64,000 bases of DNA from an uncultured Chloroflexia bacterium (GCA_963783445.1 CAWANP010000020.1:651973-715972), one strand, 5' to 3'. Shown: positions 10,853 to 21,727, counted from the stretch's first letter. Notes: generated from the sequence alone by a model not told the origin. Numbers and translations: made by a program.

Positions 10853-13114
10853 TTACGGCGCCCAGGAGATCCGTTCGGTTGTCCAGTCATACTCACCGCC
10901 GCCGTACCCGCCGCCCAGGTCAAAGAGCTTGCGTTGGTTGCTGCCATTGGCGTTCATCACCCAGATGGCCCACGCTCCGCCCCGGTTGGAGACGAATGCG
11001 ATCGATTTACCATCGGGCGACCAGGTGGGCAGGCCGTCCTGGGCAGGATTCTGGGTCAGCCGCTTGGCCGCTGCGCCGCCGTTCATATCGAGGGTGTATA
11101 CTTCCCAGTTCCCATCGCGATCAGACATAAAGGCCACGCGGGTTCCAGTGCCCGAGGGCGCTGTGTCCCTCTCGTGGGAGGTCAGGCGGTGATAATCGCC
11201 GCCACCGGCCCCCACCCAATAAAGTCCACAGTTGCCGCCTCCCCCGGTTGTGTCACAACCCTGGTAGACGATGCGCCCATCGGCCATCCAGAAGGGGAAC
11301 TTGCCCTCGACTTGTAGATTTCCGAGGGGGATCCAGTTTTGCTGCACACCAAACATGTCGTGGACAACTCCCAGCCGGACCCTCCCATCTCCCCAGGAAC
11401 TGGAAGAATAGGCAACAATGGCGCCATCAGGCGACCAGGTGGGATGACTGTCCTCTGCATAGTTGCTGACTCCGGTCTTTTCGCCTCCCGAAGGATTCAT
11501 CGTAACCAGGTGCTCGAGATTCGATGCCCCATCGCCGTTGACGGCCAGCAAGTTGCCGTCCTGGCGGAACTGAGGTTGGCGGAATCCTTCACCAAGCATG
11601 TTGCGACCGGTACCGTCAATGCGGCTGACATTGAGTTCATACTTCTGATTGTACGGGTTCCATACAGTGAAGGCGATCTTTCCAGATAGATCCGCTGGCT
11701 TGGCTGTCGGTACAGAGGTTGGTTTGGGTGTGGGCGTGGGCCCGCTCTTGGTTGGTGTGGGTGATGGGCTGTTGGTTGGTGTGGGTGTAGATGTAGGCGT
11801 GCTCGCGGTAGTAGTTGGGCTGGTTGTGGCGGTGCCGGGAGCAGACGTGGAGGTCGCTTTGGTTGTAGCAGAGACACTGGGTGTCCGCACGATAATAGGC
11901 GTCCACGTCGGCGTGGGCTGATTGGATCCCGCTGCAGCCGTAGTGCCTGGGCCCGGGATCACCAGAACCTGGCCAGGACGAATCAAGGCCGCATTGGTGA
12001 TACCATTGGCGTCGCTCAGGGCTGTCGCGCTCACGCCAAATCGCGTCGCGATCTCGGAAAGCGTATCCCCTACTTTTACTGTGTAGGTCTGGGCGCTAGG
12101 GGACGCTGAGGTGCCAGCCGCAGGAATTACGAGGACCTGCCCCGGACGGATCAGTGCCGCATTGGTGATGCCATTGGCCTTGGCCAGCGCTGAAGCGCTC
12201 ACCCCAAACCGTGCCGCAATCTCGGAGAGGGTATCCCCTACCTTGATGGTATAGGTTTGGGCGCTTGGCGTCGTAGGAGTCGCCAGCGCAGATGCCGCCG
12301 TCGTTGCAGAAGACGTGGGCGCCTTGCTGAGGGTCGTTGGGGACGAAACAGCGGGCTGGGAAGTAGGCGTTGACGGTGGGCGTGTCCAGGTTGCTGTGGG
12401 GACCGCGGTATTGGTGGGGACGGAGGTGTCGGTGGGGATGGGTGTCGCACTTGTAATGGGTGTGATCGATGGAGTCGGAGTGCGGCTGGGGGTAGGTGTG
12501 AAGGTGGGTGTATAAGTGGGCGTCGCCGGGCGCGGGGTATAGGTTTCTACCATGCTCACAACTGGGACCTCTGTGGGCACGAGTTCGGTATCGCCCAGAT
12601 TGCGAAGGAAAAATACCCAACTGGCGATACCCCCGCCGATGAGGCAGCTAAAGAAAAGGAGGCCTACGAGCGCGATGGTCAGCAACCGGGAAGCAAGGGG
12701 TTGGGGACCCCTTGGCTCTGGCGGTGGAGACTCGGGTACTGCAGCTGGGACTGCGGCCACCTTCGGTGGCTCATCCTCTTTTTCCACAGTCTGGATTTCC
12801 GCCTCTGCCCTGGCTGTTTCTTCGGCTCTGAGGCTGGGTTCAGCCTGGGCCTGGACATCAGTCTCGGGCTCGGTTTCTAGGCTGGCCTCAACCTCGACAA
12901 CGACTTGCTCCTCGGGGGGCTCGGAGAATATCCACTGCTGGCCGTCGTACAAAAGCCAGCGACCGCTCCGACCACTGAGCATCCAACGACGGCCAGTGTC
13001 GTCTACCACCCGCAACTCTGCGATCTGTGATAGGAAGTCTTCTTCGGAGAGTTCGCCCTGAACGAGTTTCTTCTCCAGTTGGTGGTACTTTTGTTCTGCC
13101 TCAGCAAAACGCAT
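10853..13114 (-). CDS. Membrane protein with SHOCT-like N-terminus, two LysM domains and C-terminal TolB-like beta-propeller
   Basis: N-term LEKKLVQGELSEEDFLSQIAEL, one TM, T/P-rich regions, 2x LysM (YTIKVGDTLSEIAARFGVSASALAKANGI...; YTVKVGDTLSEIATRFGVSATALSDANGI...), and PD40-like repeats (TWSPDGAIVAYSS; PTWSPDGKSIAFVSNRGGAWAIWVMNANGS). Confidence 0.75.
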   Translation of the reverse strand: MRFAEAEQKYHQLEKKLVQGELSEEDFLSQIAELRVVDDTGRRWMLSGRSGRWLLYDGQQWIFSEPPEEQVVVEVEASLETEPETDVQAQAEPSLRAEETARAEAEIQTVEKEDEPPKVAAVPAAVPESPPPEPRGPQPLASRLLTIALVGLLFFSCLIGGGIASWVFFLRNLGDTELVPTEVPVVSMVETYTPRPATPTYTPTFTPTPSRTPTPSITPITSATPIPTDTSVPTNTAVPTATWTRPPSTPTSQPAVSSPTTLSKAPTSSATTAASALATPTTPSAQTYTIKVGDTLSEIAARFGVSASALAKANGITNAALIRPGQVLVIPAAGTSASPSAQTYTVKVGDTLSEIATRFGVSATALSDANGITNAALIRPGQVLVIPGPGTTAAAGSNQPTPTWTPIIVRTPSVSATTKATSTSAPGTATTSPTTTASTPTSTPTPTNSPSPTPTKSGPTPTPKPTSVPTAKPADLSGKIAFTVWNPYNQKYELNVSRIDGTGRNMLGEGFRQPQFRQDGNLLAVNGDGASNLEHLVTMNPSGGEKTGVSNYAEDSHPTWSPDGAIVAYSSSSWGDGRVRLGVVHDMFGVQQNWIPLGNLQVEGKFPFWMADGRIVYQGCDTTGGGGNCGLYWVGAGGGDYHRLTSHERDTAPSGTGTRVAFMSDRDGNWEVYTLDMNGGAAAKRLTQNPAQDGLPTWSPDGKSIAFVSNRGGAWAIWVMNANGSNQRKLFDLGGGYGGGEYDWTTERISWAP

Positions 13115-13307
13115 GCACTATGACCTCACATACCGTCATTGAGCGGGCACAAAAGTAGTACAACGCTCAGTTAGCCACCGTCCCCTTCCTGACGAGGAAA
13201 GGGCAGCAATCGCACGACGGCGGATTATAGCATAGAACCCACGGCCATCCAAACGCAAACAATGGGCAGTGCCCTAGCAGTTCGCCTGCCTGGCGTAGAG
13301 CTAAGGA

Positions 13308-14432
13308 CTAGCCCCAGACCGTCTCGACAACGGCAAAGTAGGGCTTGAGTTCAGATTTCATCTTGTCGTCGGTGATGAGCGAGTTGAGCAGGCGCCAGTC
13401 GGTGCTGTCTAGCTTTTGCTTCGGTGGGCGATGCCGGCGTAGCTGCTTGATGGATTGTTGGAGAAGAGCCTTGGCCAGTTCTGTATCATCCCGCATGGCC
13501 CAGGCAATGCCAGCGAGCATTAAGAGCCGCGGTGTTGGCATCTTTTCCAGAAGCTCCTGAAGTCCTCGCAGTGCTGGCTCGGGATCTCCGAGGCGCAAGA
13601 CTGCTTCTACCCAACAGTCATGCCCACGGTCAAAGGAATTTGGATCCAGCTCTGCCACTGCCTGCCACTCGTCGCGAGCCTTGGTGTTGTTGCCGGTTAG
13701 CTGGGCGATGAGCCCCCGCTGAAAGCCGCTCTGCAGTGGGTTTTCATCTTGGTCGATGTACTGTTGCGCCTCGCTGTAGCGGCCGGCGTCGGCGAGCATC
13801 GTGTACAGCTCGCGGATTGTGGATCTCTTTTCCAGATCCCAGTTCACTGCTTCTTCCCAGGCAGCAACTGCATTGTCGAGGCTTCCCATCTCTTTGAACA
13901 ATAAAAAGCGCTGGAAATATACGTCAGCCAGATCCCGGGGCTTGTCCCTGCTGCTGGCTTCCAAAGCGCGGTCGAGTGCCGCCTGGCTTTCCGTGAACCG
14001 GCCCTCAATGCGCGCCTCACTGCCAAGGGCAATCCAGCCCCCGGGGTTGCCGGCATCTTCCTCGGCCAGGGCCCGCAGTTCGGCCAAGCCTGGGTCGACA
14101 TCTCCCTTGGCAACGCGCATGACTGCCAGGTCTCGTCGCCACTCCTCGGCCATGTGAGGATGTCTCGTAGCCAGCAAGTTTTTGGTCTCGTAGGCTTCAG
14201 CATAGCGGCCTTCTGAGCGGAGCAGTTCGGTGAGTTCCTGGCCAGCCCGCAGGTGCATTTCGCCCAGATCAGGACGCCGGTCAAGAATCCTCTCATTCAG
14301 GCGCCCCAGTCTGCTGACCAGACGGTGGTAGAGGTTGATAGCGGCGTCTGTGCCGCCAGCGCGCTGCGCCGCCAGTGCCTGGCTGTACAGGCCCTCGTAG
14401 CTATCGCGTAGCGGAGGACGGGAGAGGGTCAC
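13308..14432 (-). CDS. Tetratricopeptide repeat protein
   Basis: 374 aa with repeated A/Y/W-rich TPR-like helices (AEAYETKNLLATRHP..., SEAQQYIDQD...). Confidence 0.6.
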   Translation of the reverse strand: MTLSRPPLRDSYEGLYSQALAAQRAGGTDAAINLYHRLVSRLGRLNERILDRRPDLGEMHLRAGQELTELLRSEGRYAEAYETKNLLATRHPHMAEEWRRDLAVMRVAKGDVDPGLAELRALAEEDAGNPGGWIALGSEARIEGRFTESQAALDRALEASSRDKPRDLADVYFQRFLLFKEMGSLDNAVAAWEEAVNWDLEKRSTIRELYTMLADAGRYSEAQQYIDQDENPLQSGFQRGLIAQLTGNNTKARDEWQAVAELDPNSFDRGHDCWVEAVLRLGDPEPALRGLQELLEKMPTPRLLMLAGIAWAMRDDTELAKALLQQSIKQLRRHRPPKQKLDSTDWRLLNSLITDDKMKSELKPYFAVVETVWG

Positions 14433-15169
14433 TCTGTGCCCTCCGCATCCGCCAAGGCGGTTTTCTTTGAGCCTTTGCGAATGTGGTGGTAGACATAGTA
14501 GACAAATGCAGCGATGATGACAATGGCGATGGGGATGTCAAAGGGGCGCATGAGGGCCCGTAGCTCCTCCCAGTGTTCGCCAAAATAGAAACCGCCCATG
14601 GCCAGCAGCCCGCACCAAATGAATGAACCGATGAAGGAATAGACCGTAAAGCGGGGAAAGTTCATGCGCACCACCCCGGCGGGAAAAGAGATAAAGGTCC
14701 GCACGATGGGCAGTAGCCTCGAGATAAAGGCTGCCCAGTCGCCCCAGCGGGCAAACCACCGATCCGCCTTCTCCAAGTCCTCCTCGTGGATGAGGATATA
14801 CTTGCCGTACCGTTCCACAAGCGGCCGGCCACCCCACGCACCCAGCCAATAGGAGATCACGGAGCCAATGGTGCATCCCACAGCGCCCCAGAACCCACCC
14901 AGCAGAAAGGCCTGCAGAGATGTCCCCCCCCGGGCCTGCACCAGCATCCAGCCAGCCAGGGGCATGGTCACCTCACTGGGAATGGGGATATTGGCGCTCT
15001 CGAGGGCCATGATGACCACCACACCAAACCAGCCAATTGCCTGGATCAAGTTGGTCAAGAATTCGACCAACTGATGCTCTAACATCTCCAAAGTTCTACT
15101 CCCTGTTTGAAACGGCGGCTCGTCCAGAGGGACGGCCGCCCAAAATGATGCTGCCAGAAAGACGCTCAA
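14429..15169 (-). CDS. DedA/TVP38 family membrane protein
   Basis: ALESANIPIPSEVTMPLAGW, RWFARWGDWAAFISRLLPIVRTFISFPAGV. The annotated start is TTG; an internal ATG at 15085 with a GGAG upstream is the alternative start. Confidence 0.7.
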   Translation of the reverse strand: MSVFLAASFWAAVPLDEPPFQTGSRTLEMLEHQLVEFLTNLIQAIGWFGVVVIMALESANIPIPSEVTMPLAGWMLVQARGGTSLQAFLLGGFWGAVGCTIGSVISYWLGAWGGRPLVERYGKYILIHEEDLEKADRWFARWGDWAAFISRLLPIVRTFISFPAGVVRMNFPRFTVYSFIGSFIWCGLLAMGGFYFGEHWEELRALMRPFDIPIAIVIIAAFVYYVYHHIRKGSKKTALADAEGTE

Positions 15170-15292
15170 TTATAGCATCAGCCCAGGGGCTTTGCAAGTT
15201 GGCAGTCCAAGCCGGTGATGTTGACATCTGGCACCGAATAGAATACAATAGGCCAAACAGGGTGCCAGTCCCAAAGAGGGGGTATATGACAC

Positions 15293-16547
15293 ATGGGTAA
15301 GACCTTTGCAGAAAAGCTCCTGGCCTTGAAAGCTGGTCTGGATGAGGTTGTACCGGGACAGATAGTGACCGTACGGCCTGACAAGCTCCTTACTCACGAT
15401 AATACCTCGGCCGTTGCCAAGACATTCCGCAAGATGGGCGTGGACCGGGTGGCCGACCCTGGTATGAACGTGATCATCCTCGATCACGTGACCCCCGCTG
15501 CCAACGAAACCTATGCTCAAAGCCACAAAGAGACCCGCGAGTTTGTCCAGGAGCAGGGCATCGTCGGCCTTTTATGACGTTGGTGAGGGAATCTGCCACC
15601 AGGTTCTCCCGGAGCATGGTCATGCCCTGCCTGGCATGCTCATCGTGGGCAGTGACTCGCATACGCCAAGCCATGGGGCATTGGGTGCCTTTGCGGCCGG
15701 TATCGGGCGTACCGAGGCGGCCGCGGTCATGGCCACCGGCGAAATATGGCTGCGCGTGCCCGAAAGCCTGCGCATTGTCGTCGAGGGCGACCTGCCTGAA
15801 CGGACGTCGGCCAAGGACCTGATCCTGTACATCATTGGCGACATCAGCGCCAGTGGCGCCGACTATATGTCTGTGGAGTTCGCCGGGCCGACCATCGAGG
15901 CGATGAGTGTGGGCAGCCGCCAGGTACTGTGCAACATGGCCGCTGAGATGGGCGCCAAGAATGGCTACGTGGCCCCCGATGCCACGACCCGGGCCTGGTT
16001 GGCAGGGCGCACGGCTGAGGCATACCTGGAGATCCTTCCTGACCCGGATGCGACTTATGCTCGGGAGCTGTACTACGATGCGAGCAAACTCGAACCGCAG
16101 GTAGCCAAGCCTCACCGGGTGGACAATACGGTTCCCGTTTCGGAGGCTGCGGGTACCCGGATCGACCAAGCCATTGTTGGCTCGTGCACCAACGGCCGTT
16201 TGGAGGATCTGCAGGCAGCAGCCGACATTCTTCGAGGCCGGCAGATCGCGCCGAGCGTACGCTTGTTGGTCCTGCCAGCGTCCCGTGAGGTACTGTTGTC
16301 AGCCATCGATGCGGGTGTTATCAGCGACTTGCTGGCTGCAGGAGCCACACTGCTCAATCCTGGTTGCGGACCGTGCCTGGGCGCGCACGAAGGCTGCATG
16401 GCGCCTGGCGAGCGATCGATTTCGACGGCGAACCGCAACTTCCGGGGGCGCATGGGTAGCCGCGATGCAGAGATCTACCTGGGCAGCCCAGCCACGGTGG
16501 CCGCCTCAGCGCTGGCTGGCGTGATCAGCGATCCTCGCAAGGTATAG
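15293..16547 (+). CDS. leuC: 3-isopropylmalate/homoaconitate dehydratase large subunit (type-2 LeuC/HACN, ~420 aa), frameshifted
   Basis: Aconitase-family motifs [19 protein letters not shown] and [12 protein letters not shown] single extra C at ~15566 (GGCCTTTT) splits the ORF. Confidence 0.8.
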
Positions 16548-16596
16548 TCGCGTCAGAATTCTCATCCGAAACCCTTTCTCACTTAGGAGGAAAACC

Positions 16597-17094
16597 TTGG
16601 AGACCCGAATCACGGGCCGCGTGTGGAAGTATGGCGACGATGTCAATACCGACGTCATTTTCCCGGGCAAGTATACCTATAGCATCTCCGATCGAAAGGA
16701 GATGGCCGAGCATGCCCTGGAGGATCTGGATCCTGATTTCGTTCAGAATGTCCGGCAGGGAGACATTATCGTTGCCGGGGGGAACTGGGGTTGTGGTAGT
16801 TCGCGCGAGCAGGCGGTCATCTGCTTGAAGGAGTCAGGTGTGGGCGCCATCGTGGCTCGATCCATCGCCCGCATCTACTTCCGGAACTGCATCAACGAGG
16901 GCCTGCCCATCGTTACCTGTGACGCGGTAGACACTCTGGAGACGGGGGACACGGTGACCATCGACTTTGACGCGGGTGTGGTCACCACCCCCAGCGCCGA
17001 ATACAGCTTTCCTCCTCTGGCTCCATCGGTGATGGAGATCCTGGATACAGGCGGGCTGGTGCCCCACGTCAAGAGAAAACTGGGGATCGAATAG
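16597..17094 (+). CDS. leuD: 3-isopropylmalate/homoaconitate dehydratase small subunit (type 2)
   Basis: 165 aa with the aconitase swivel domain (WKYGDDVNTDVIFPGKY, GGNWGCGSSREQAV). Confidence 0.8.
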   Translation: METRITGRVWKYGDDVNTDVIFPGKYTYSISDRKEMAEHALEDLDPDFVQNVRQGDIIVAGGNWGCGSSREQAVICLKESGVGAIVARSIARIYFRNCINEGLPIVTCDAVDTLETGDTVTIDFDAGVVTTPSAEYSFPPLAPSVMEILDTGGLVPHVKRKLGIE

Positions 17095-17098
17095 CCGG

Positions 17099-18184
17099 AT
17101 GCGCGGCCGGGGCTGGCTCTCCGAGCTTGGCCAGGGATTGGTGCTGCTGTCTGTCGGAGCCATCGGCGCACTGGTTGGCTATGCCCTGGGTCTGATCGCA
17201 GGCGTCATTGCCGGGGCGCTGGTGGCTAGTGGCATCTATCGTTTGCTGGGTGGCGAACCTGGTCTCTGGCGGGGGAGATATGGCAGGGTTGGACGCTTGC
17301 TGCTGGGCACCGTCATCGGCGCGACCTTTGGCTCAGATCTCTGGGCTCCACTTCAGGCTGCCCTCCTGCCCATGCTCGGACTCGTAGGGATTGTTCTGGC
17401 TGTCGGATTGTTCCTCGGATGGGCCTTGTCCCATTTGGCCAGTCTGGACTGGCCAACCGCCATTATGAGTGCGATGCCAGGGGGGCTGCCGGCCATGGCC
17501 GCCCTGTCTGAGGAAGTGGATGCTGACTCGACAGTGGTCTCTGCCATCCATTTTTCGCGACTTACGACGATTCTGCTGCTTGTCCCGCTGCTGATACCAT
17601 TGTTGACGGGGCTCTCTTCTGCATCATCTCTGGCTCCGACGCCGGAAGAACCGGCGGGCTTGGCGTCGTCATTGGCTGTCCTTGCCTTGGGCGTGTTTGG
17701 CGGCTGGCTTGCGCTCAGGCTTGGCATACCAACCGGCGACATGGTGGGGCCCATCTTGGTCGTGGGGGGCGCCAATCTGATGGGCGCGGATCTCGGCCCT
17801 TTGCCCGCGGGGTTCCGGAATGCGGCTATGTTATTCATTGGAACCGCCGTGGGTGCCCAGGTATCGAAGGCTAGCCTGCGCAAGCTGCGCCAGGTTCTGG
17901 TCCCGGCGGCTGCCATGATTGCAGTGTTGATTGGTGTGGGCCTGCTATTGGGCTGGGGACTGTCAGAGCTCACTCCCCTCGATCCAGTTACAGCGCTCTT
18001 GTGTGCTGTGCCAGGGGGGGCCAGCACCATGCCCATCATCGCCCATGACCTGGGCGGCGACATGCGGCTGGTGGCAGCCCTGCAGTTGACAAGACAATTG
18101 GTGATGCTGGTCGTTATTCCGCCAGCCCTGGGCTACCTGGTACGTTCCATGCGCCAGCGGCGCTTGGTTGCTCCGAAGCCCTAG
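17099..18184 (+). CDS. AbrB-family (AbrB_dup, putative ammonia-monooxygenase-like) membrane protein
   Basis: 361-aa polytopic protein with an internal duplication typical of the AbrB/YhhQ-type membrane family. Confidence 0.5.
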   Translation: MRGRGWLSELGQGLVLLSVGAIGALVGYALGLIAGVIAGALVASGIYRLLGGEPGLWRGRYGRVGRLLLGTVIGATFGSDLWAPLQAALLPMLGLVGIVLAVGLFLGWALSHLASLDWPTAIMSAMPGGLPAMAALSEEVDADSTVVSAIHFSRLTTILLLVPLLIPLLTGLSSASSLAPTPEEPAGLASSLAVLALGVFGGWLALRLGIPTGDMVGPILVVGGANLMGADLGPLPAGFRNAAMLFIGTAVGAQVSKASLRKLRQVLVPAAAMIAVLIGVGLLLGWGLSELTPLDPVTALLCAVPGGASTMPIIAHDLGGDMRLVAALQLTRQLVMLVVIPPALGYLVRSMRQRRLVAPKP

Positions 18185-18250
18185 TGCCTGAACCGAATCA
18201 GGTATTCGTATTCTAAAGGAGAACAGAAAAACCTCAAGGAGGACTGAGTA

Positions 18251-19370
18251 ATGGCAAAGTACAGGATTGCGCTGATGCCCGGCGACGGCATTGGCAACGA
18301 CGTGATGGACGCAGCCAAGATCGTTCTGGACAAAATCAACCTTGACGCCGAGTATGTCAATGCTGACATCGGTTGGGAGTTCTGGCGTGCGGAAGGCGAG
18401 CCGCTGCCAGAGCGTACGATGGACATCCTCAGGAGCTGCAACTGCTCGCTCTTCGCGGCAATCACCTCCAAGCCCAAGGAGGAGGCCGAGGCCGAATTGG
18501 TTCCGGAGCTTCAGGGCCAGGGGCTCGTCTACCGGAGCCCCATCGTACGCCTGCGCCAGGCATTTGACCTCTATGTGAACCTTCGGCCCTGCAGGGCGTT
18601 CAAGGGCAGCCCCCTCAACTTCCAGGATGGCATTGACATGGTGGTCTTTAGGGAGAATACCCAGGGCCTCTATGCCGGCGTCGAATTCCATCCTCTGCCG
18701 GCCGAAGTCCGGTCGGTCCTGGAGGAGAATAGCCCCGGTATGGCTGCCTTTGAGGGCGTTTCTTCCGAGGATATTGCCCTGTCGACCCGGATCTTTACTC
18801 GCGCGGGCTGCCAGCGCATCGTGCGCCATGCCTTCGAGTATGCGGCAAAGTTTGGCTATCCCACTGTGACGCTCGTCGAAAAGCCCAACGTCATCCGAGA
18901 AACCTCGGGCTTGATGGTGCGCGAGGCGCGCAAGATCGCGCCAAGAGTACCCGGGCATTGAGCTGTGGGAGACCAACGTCGATGCCATGGTGATGTGGAT
19001 GGTCAAGAATCCCCAGGACTATGGCGTGATGGTGTCCAGCAACATGTTTGGTGACATCATCTCCGATCTGGCCGCCCAATTGGTCGGCGGCCTGGGCTTT
19101 GCCGCCAGCGGCAACATTGGCGACGAGTTTGCGGTCTTTGAGCCGACCCACGGCTCCGCGCCCAAGTATGCCGGCAAGTACGTGGCCAATCCCACTGCCA
19201 TGCTTCTGGCCACCAAGCTGATGCTTGATTGGCTGGGCGAGACCGAGACGGCCGCGGCACTGCAGCAGGCCATCGCCGACGTGATCGCCGAAGGCCAGGT
19301 TCGCACCTACGATCTTGGTGGCGATAGCGGTACCCTGGATGTGGCCCGCGCCGTCGCCGACAAGCTGTAG
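18251..19370 (+). CDS. Isocitrate/isopropylmalate/homoisocitrate dehydrogenase family (LeuB-like), frameshifted
   Basis: [18 protein letters not shown] and [19 protein letters not shown]...RTYDLGG. Frameshift at ~18950. Confidence 0.75.
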
Positions 19371-19595
19371 ATAGCACTGCTCCAGGTACTGCTCTCGGGT
19401 GCCTCGGGCCTGCACGAACCGATGATTGTCCAGGGTGCCAGGTGTGACTAGCGCGCCTGGTACCTTGGATCCAACTGAGAGAGATGGACAAGAGCCAGAG
19501 CGTCCTCTTGTCCGTCTCACACAATACGCAATACGCAACAGTAACACGCACACACGTACCATGGATTACGATTCCCAGTCTCATGAGCAGGGGGG

Positions 19596-20813
19596 ATGAC
19601 TATGGACTTTGGTTGGAACGAGGAACAACGGCTTTGGCGGCAGACAGTGCGCGACTTTGCCCAGAAAGAGATCGCCCCGCGGGTGCGCGAGATCGACACC
19701 CAGGAGCGCATCCCGCGCGAGATCATCAAGGGCATGGCCGGCTGGGTCTGCTGGCCCCCGTTTGCTCCGAAGAGTATGGCGGCGCGGGCATGGACTGGAC
19801 CCTGGCCGCCATCGCCGCCGAGGAACTGGGCCGGGCCGACATCAGCTTGGCGGTGCCGGTGCTCTACCTGGTGGAGGCGGCCTGGGGCTTTATCCTTGAC
19901 CAGTACGGCACGCCGGAACTCAAGGCCAAAGTCCTGCCCAGGGTGTGGCCGGCGAAGCGTTCCTGGGCATCGCTACCACCGAGCCTGAGGGCGGGTCTGA
20001 CATTCTTGGGACCTGCCGGACCAAGGCGGTACAGCAGGGGGATAGTTGGGTGCTCAACGGCGAAAAGATGTACATCAGCGGCGTGCGCGAATCGCTGGAG
20101 ATGGGCGGCGTTCACCTGCTGCTGGCCCGCACGGACCCAGACCCCGAGGCCGAGCACAAGGCATTTACCTTTTTCGCCCTGCCGCTGCAAGGCACGCCGG
20201 GCATCACGCCCACCTATTTTGAGGACATGGGCCGGATGGGCATCTCGACCGGAGGCTTTGCCCTGGAGGACGTGGGCTTGCCTGATGCCCACCGGGTGGG
20301 CGACGTGAACCGCGGCTTTTACCACGCCATGGAGGGCTTTTCGGCGGCGCGCGTGCTCATTGGCGCGACCTGTGTGGGCGCTTCCGAGGCGGTGCTGGAG
20401 ATGGGCATGGAGCACGTCAAGGAGCGCCAGGCTTTTGGCCGTCCCCTGGCTGCGTACGAGGGCATTCCTTCCCCCTGGCCGATCACTATGCCCACTTGGA
20501 GAGCACGCGCCTGTTGGTCTACAAGGCGGCGTGGACGATGGATCAAAAGTACGGCGCCGGGACCCAGAACCCACTATGACATCGCCCTGGCCGCGGCTTT
20601 GGCCAAGCTGCGCGCCCCCCAGGTGGCTTTTCCATCATGAACGAGGTGGCCGACTGGTTCGGGGCCATGGCCTACACCAAAGAGTGTCCGGTCGAGATGG
20701 GCATCCGCGGCATCCGCTCCTATTCCATCGGCGCCGAAGGAACGATGAATATCATGCGCCTGGTCATTGCCCGCGAATTGCTGGGTGCCGAGTTTTTGCC
20801 CTACCGGCACTAG
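19596..20813 (+). CDS. Acyl-CoA dehydrogenase (about 5 frameshifts)
   Basis: RBS AGCAGGGGGG then ATG. Fragments read MTMDFGWNEEQRLWRQTVRDFAQKEIAP, ATTEPEGGSDILG, FGRPLAAYEGI and end at ...GIRSYSIGAEGTMNIMRLVIAREL. Confidence 0.75.
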
Positions 20814-20859
20814 GGGCCAGAGACTGGATACTAGAGACTAGGGATTCGTCGTTGCGAGA

Positions 20860-21351
20860 GTGATGTCCAGATCGCGCACCACGCAACACGTAGCCCGCAC
20901 CACGAAACACACCATAGGGAGGCCTACCGTGCAGGTTTTCATCGCTGGTATCATGCAGGGCTCACGGCTGGACCGCTACATTGATACCCAGGACTACCGC
21001 CGGAACATCGCCGAGGCGATCCTGGCCCAATATCCTGACTGGGTAATCGTGGATCCCAACGAACTCCATCCCAATGGCGTGGACTATGACGACGACACGG
21101 CCAAGGCGACGCTGCTGGAGCTGTTTGCTCTGGCGGGCCAGGCTGATCTGGTGGTGGCCTTTGCGCCCGAGGCAAGCATGGGCACGGCCATCGAGATGTG
21201 GGAGGGTTTTCGAGCTGGCAGCCCGTTGGTCACTATCTCGCCCATGTCTGCCAACTGGGTCGTCCGCCACCTGTCCGACGTGGTGCTGCCCGATCTGGAC
21301 AGCTTTCGGTCCTGGGTAGCGGAGGGTGGCCTGGCGCGGTTCTTGGACTGA
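20860..21351 (+). CDS. Hypothetical protein, possibly nucleoside 2-deoxyribosyltransferase-like Rossmann fold
   Basis: VFIAGIMQGS ... ADLVVAFAPEASMGTAIEMWEGFRAGSPLV resembles the NDT/PF05014 pattern. The start codon is uncertain. Confidence 0.3.
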   Translation: MMSRSRTTQHVARTTKHTIGRPTVQVFIAGIMQGSRLDRYIDTQDYRRNIAEAILAQYPDWVIVDPNELHPNGVDYDDDTAKATLLELFALAGQADLVVAFAPEASMGTAIEMWEGFRAGSPLVTISPMSANWVVRHLSDVVLPDLDSFRSWVAEGGLARFLD

Positions 21352-21500
21352 GGCTGCCGGCCTGGTGCTGTCCAACAGCGTAGGGTTTGACAACCAGCCC
21401 ATCCTGGGCTAGAATATTGTCTATGAGAGCTATCATCTGCCAGGGTATGACCCGGCAGCGTCTTGCCGGGTGCTGCTAGCTATAAGCTGATAGCTTATCC

Positions 21501-21573
21501 GCCCCCATAGCTCAGTGGACAGAGCAACGGCCTTCTAAGCCGTGGGTCGCAGGTTCGAACCCTGCTGGGGGTG
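21501..21573 (+). tRNA. tRNA-Arg (anticodon TCT)
   Basis: Cloverleaf folded by hand: 7-bp acceptor stem with G1·U72, D-arm GCTC/GAGC, anticodon stem ACGGC/GCCGT with loop CTTCTAA, T-arm GCAGG-TTCGAAC-CCTGC. No encoded CCA. Confidence 0.8.
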
Positions 21574-21727
21574 CTTTTCTTTTCAACCAGTATCTGTGTG
21601 CCAGTACTGGCCAGGAGCGAGGTCGAAGATCATCCCCCCTATCTTGGCTCTCTGGCGGATTTGCGCGGTACACGCTAGCGATCCAGGGCAAGAGAAGATT
21701 CTTGACAGAAAGGTCAGAGTCAACGCT

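Noticed and set aside
15085-15169. N-terminal 28 codons of the DedA ORF (TTG start)
   Set aside because: Not rejected outright, but the TTG has no RBS while an internal ATG at 15085 follows GGAG. The true start is uncertain.
17963-19006. 347-aa minus-strand ORF overlapping leuB-like and the AbrB-like gene
   Set aside because: Antisense to two genes with clear homology. No RBS and no motifs.
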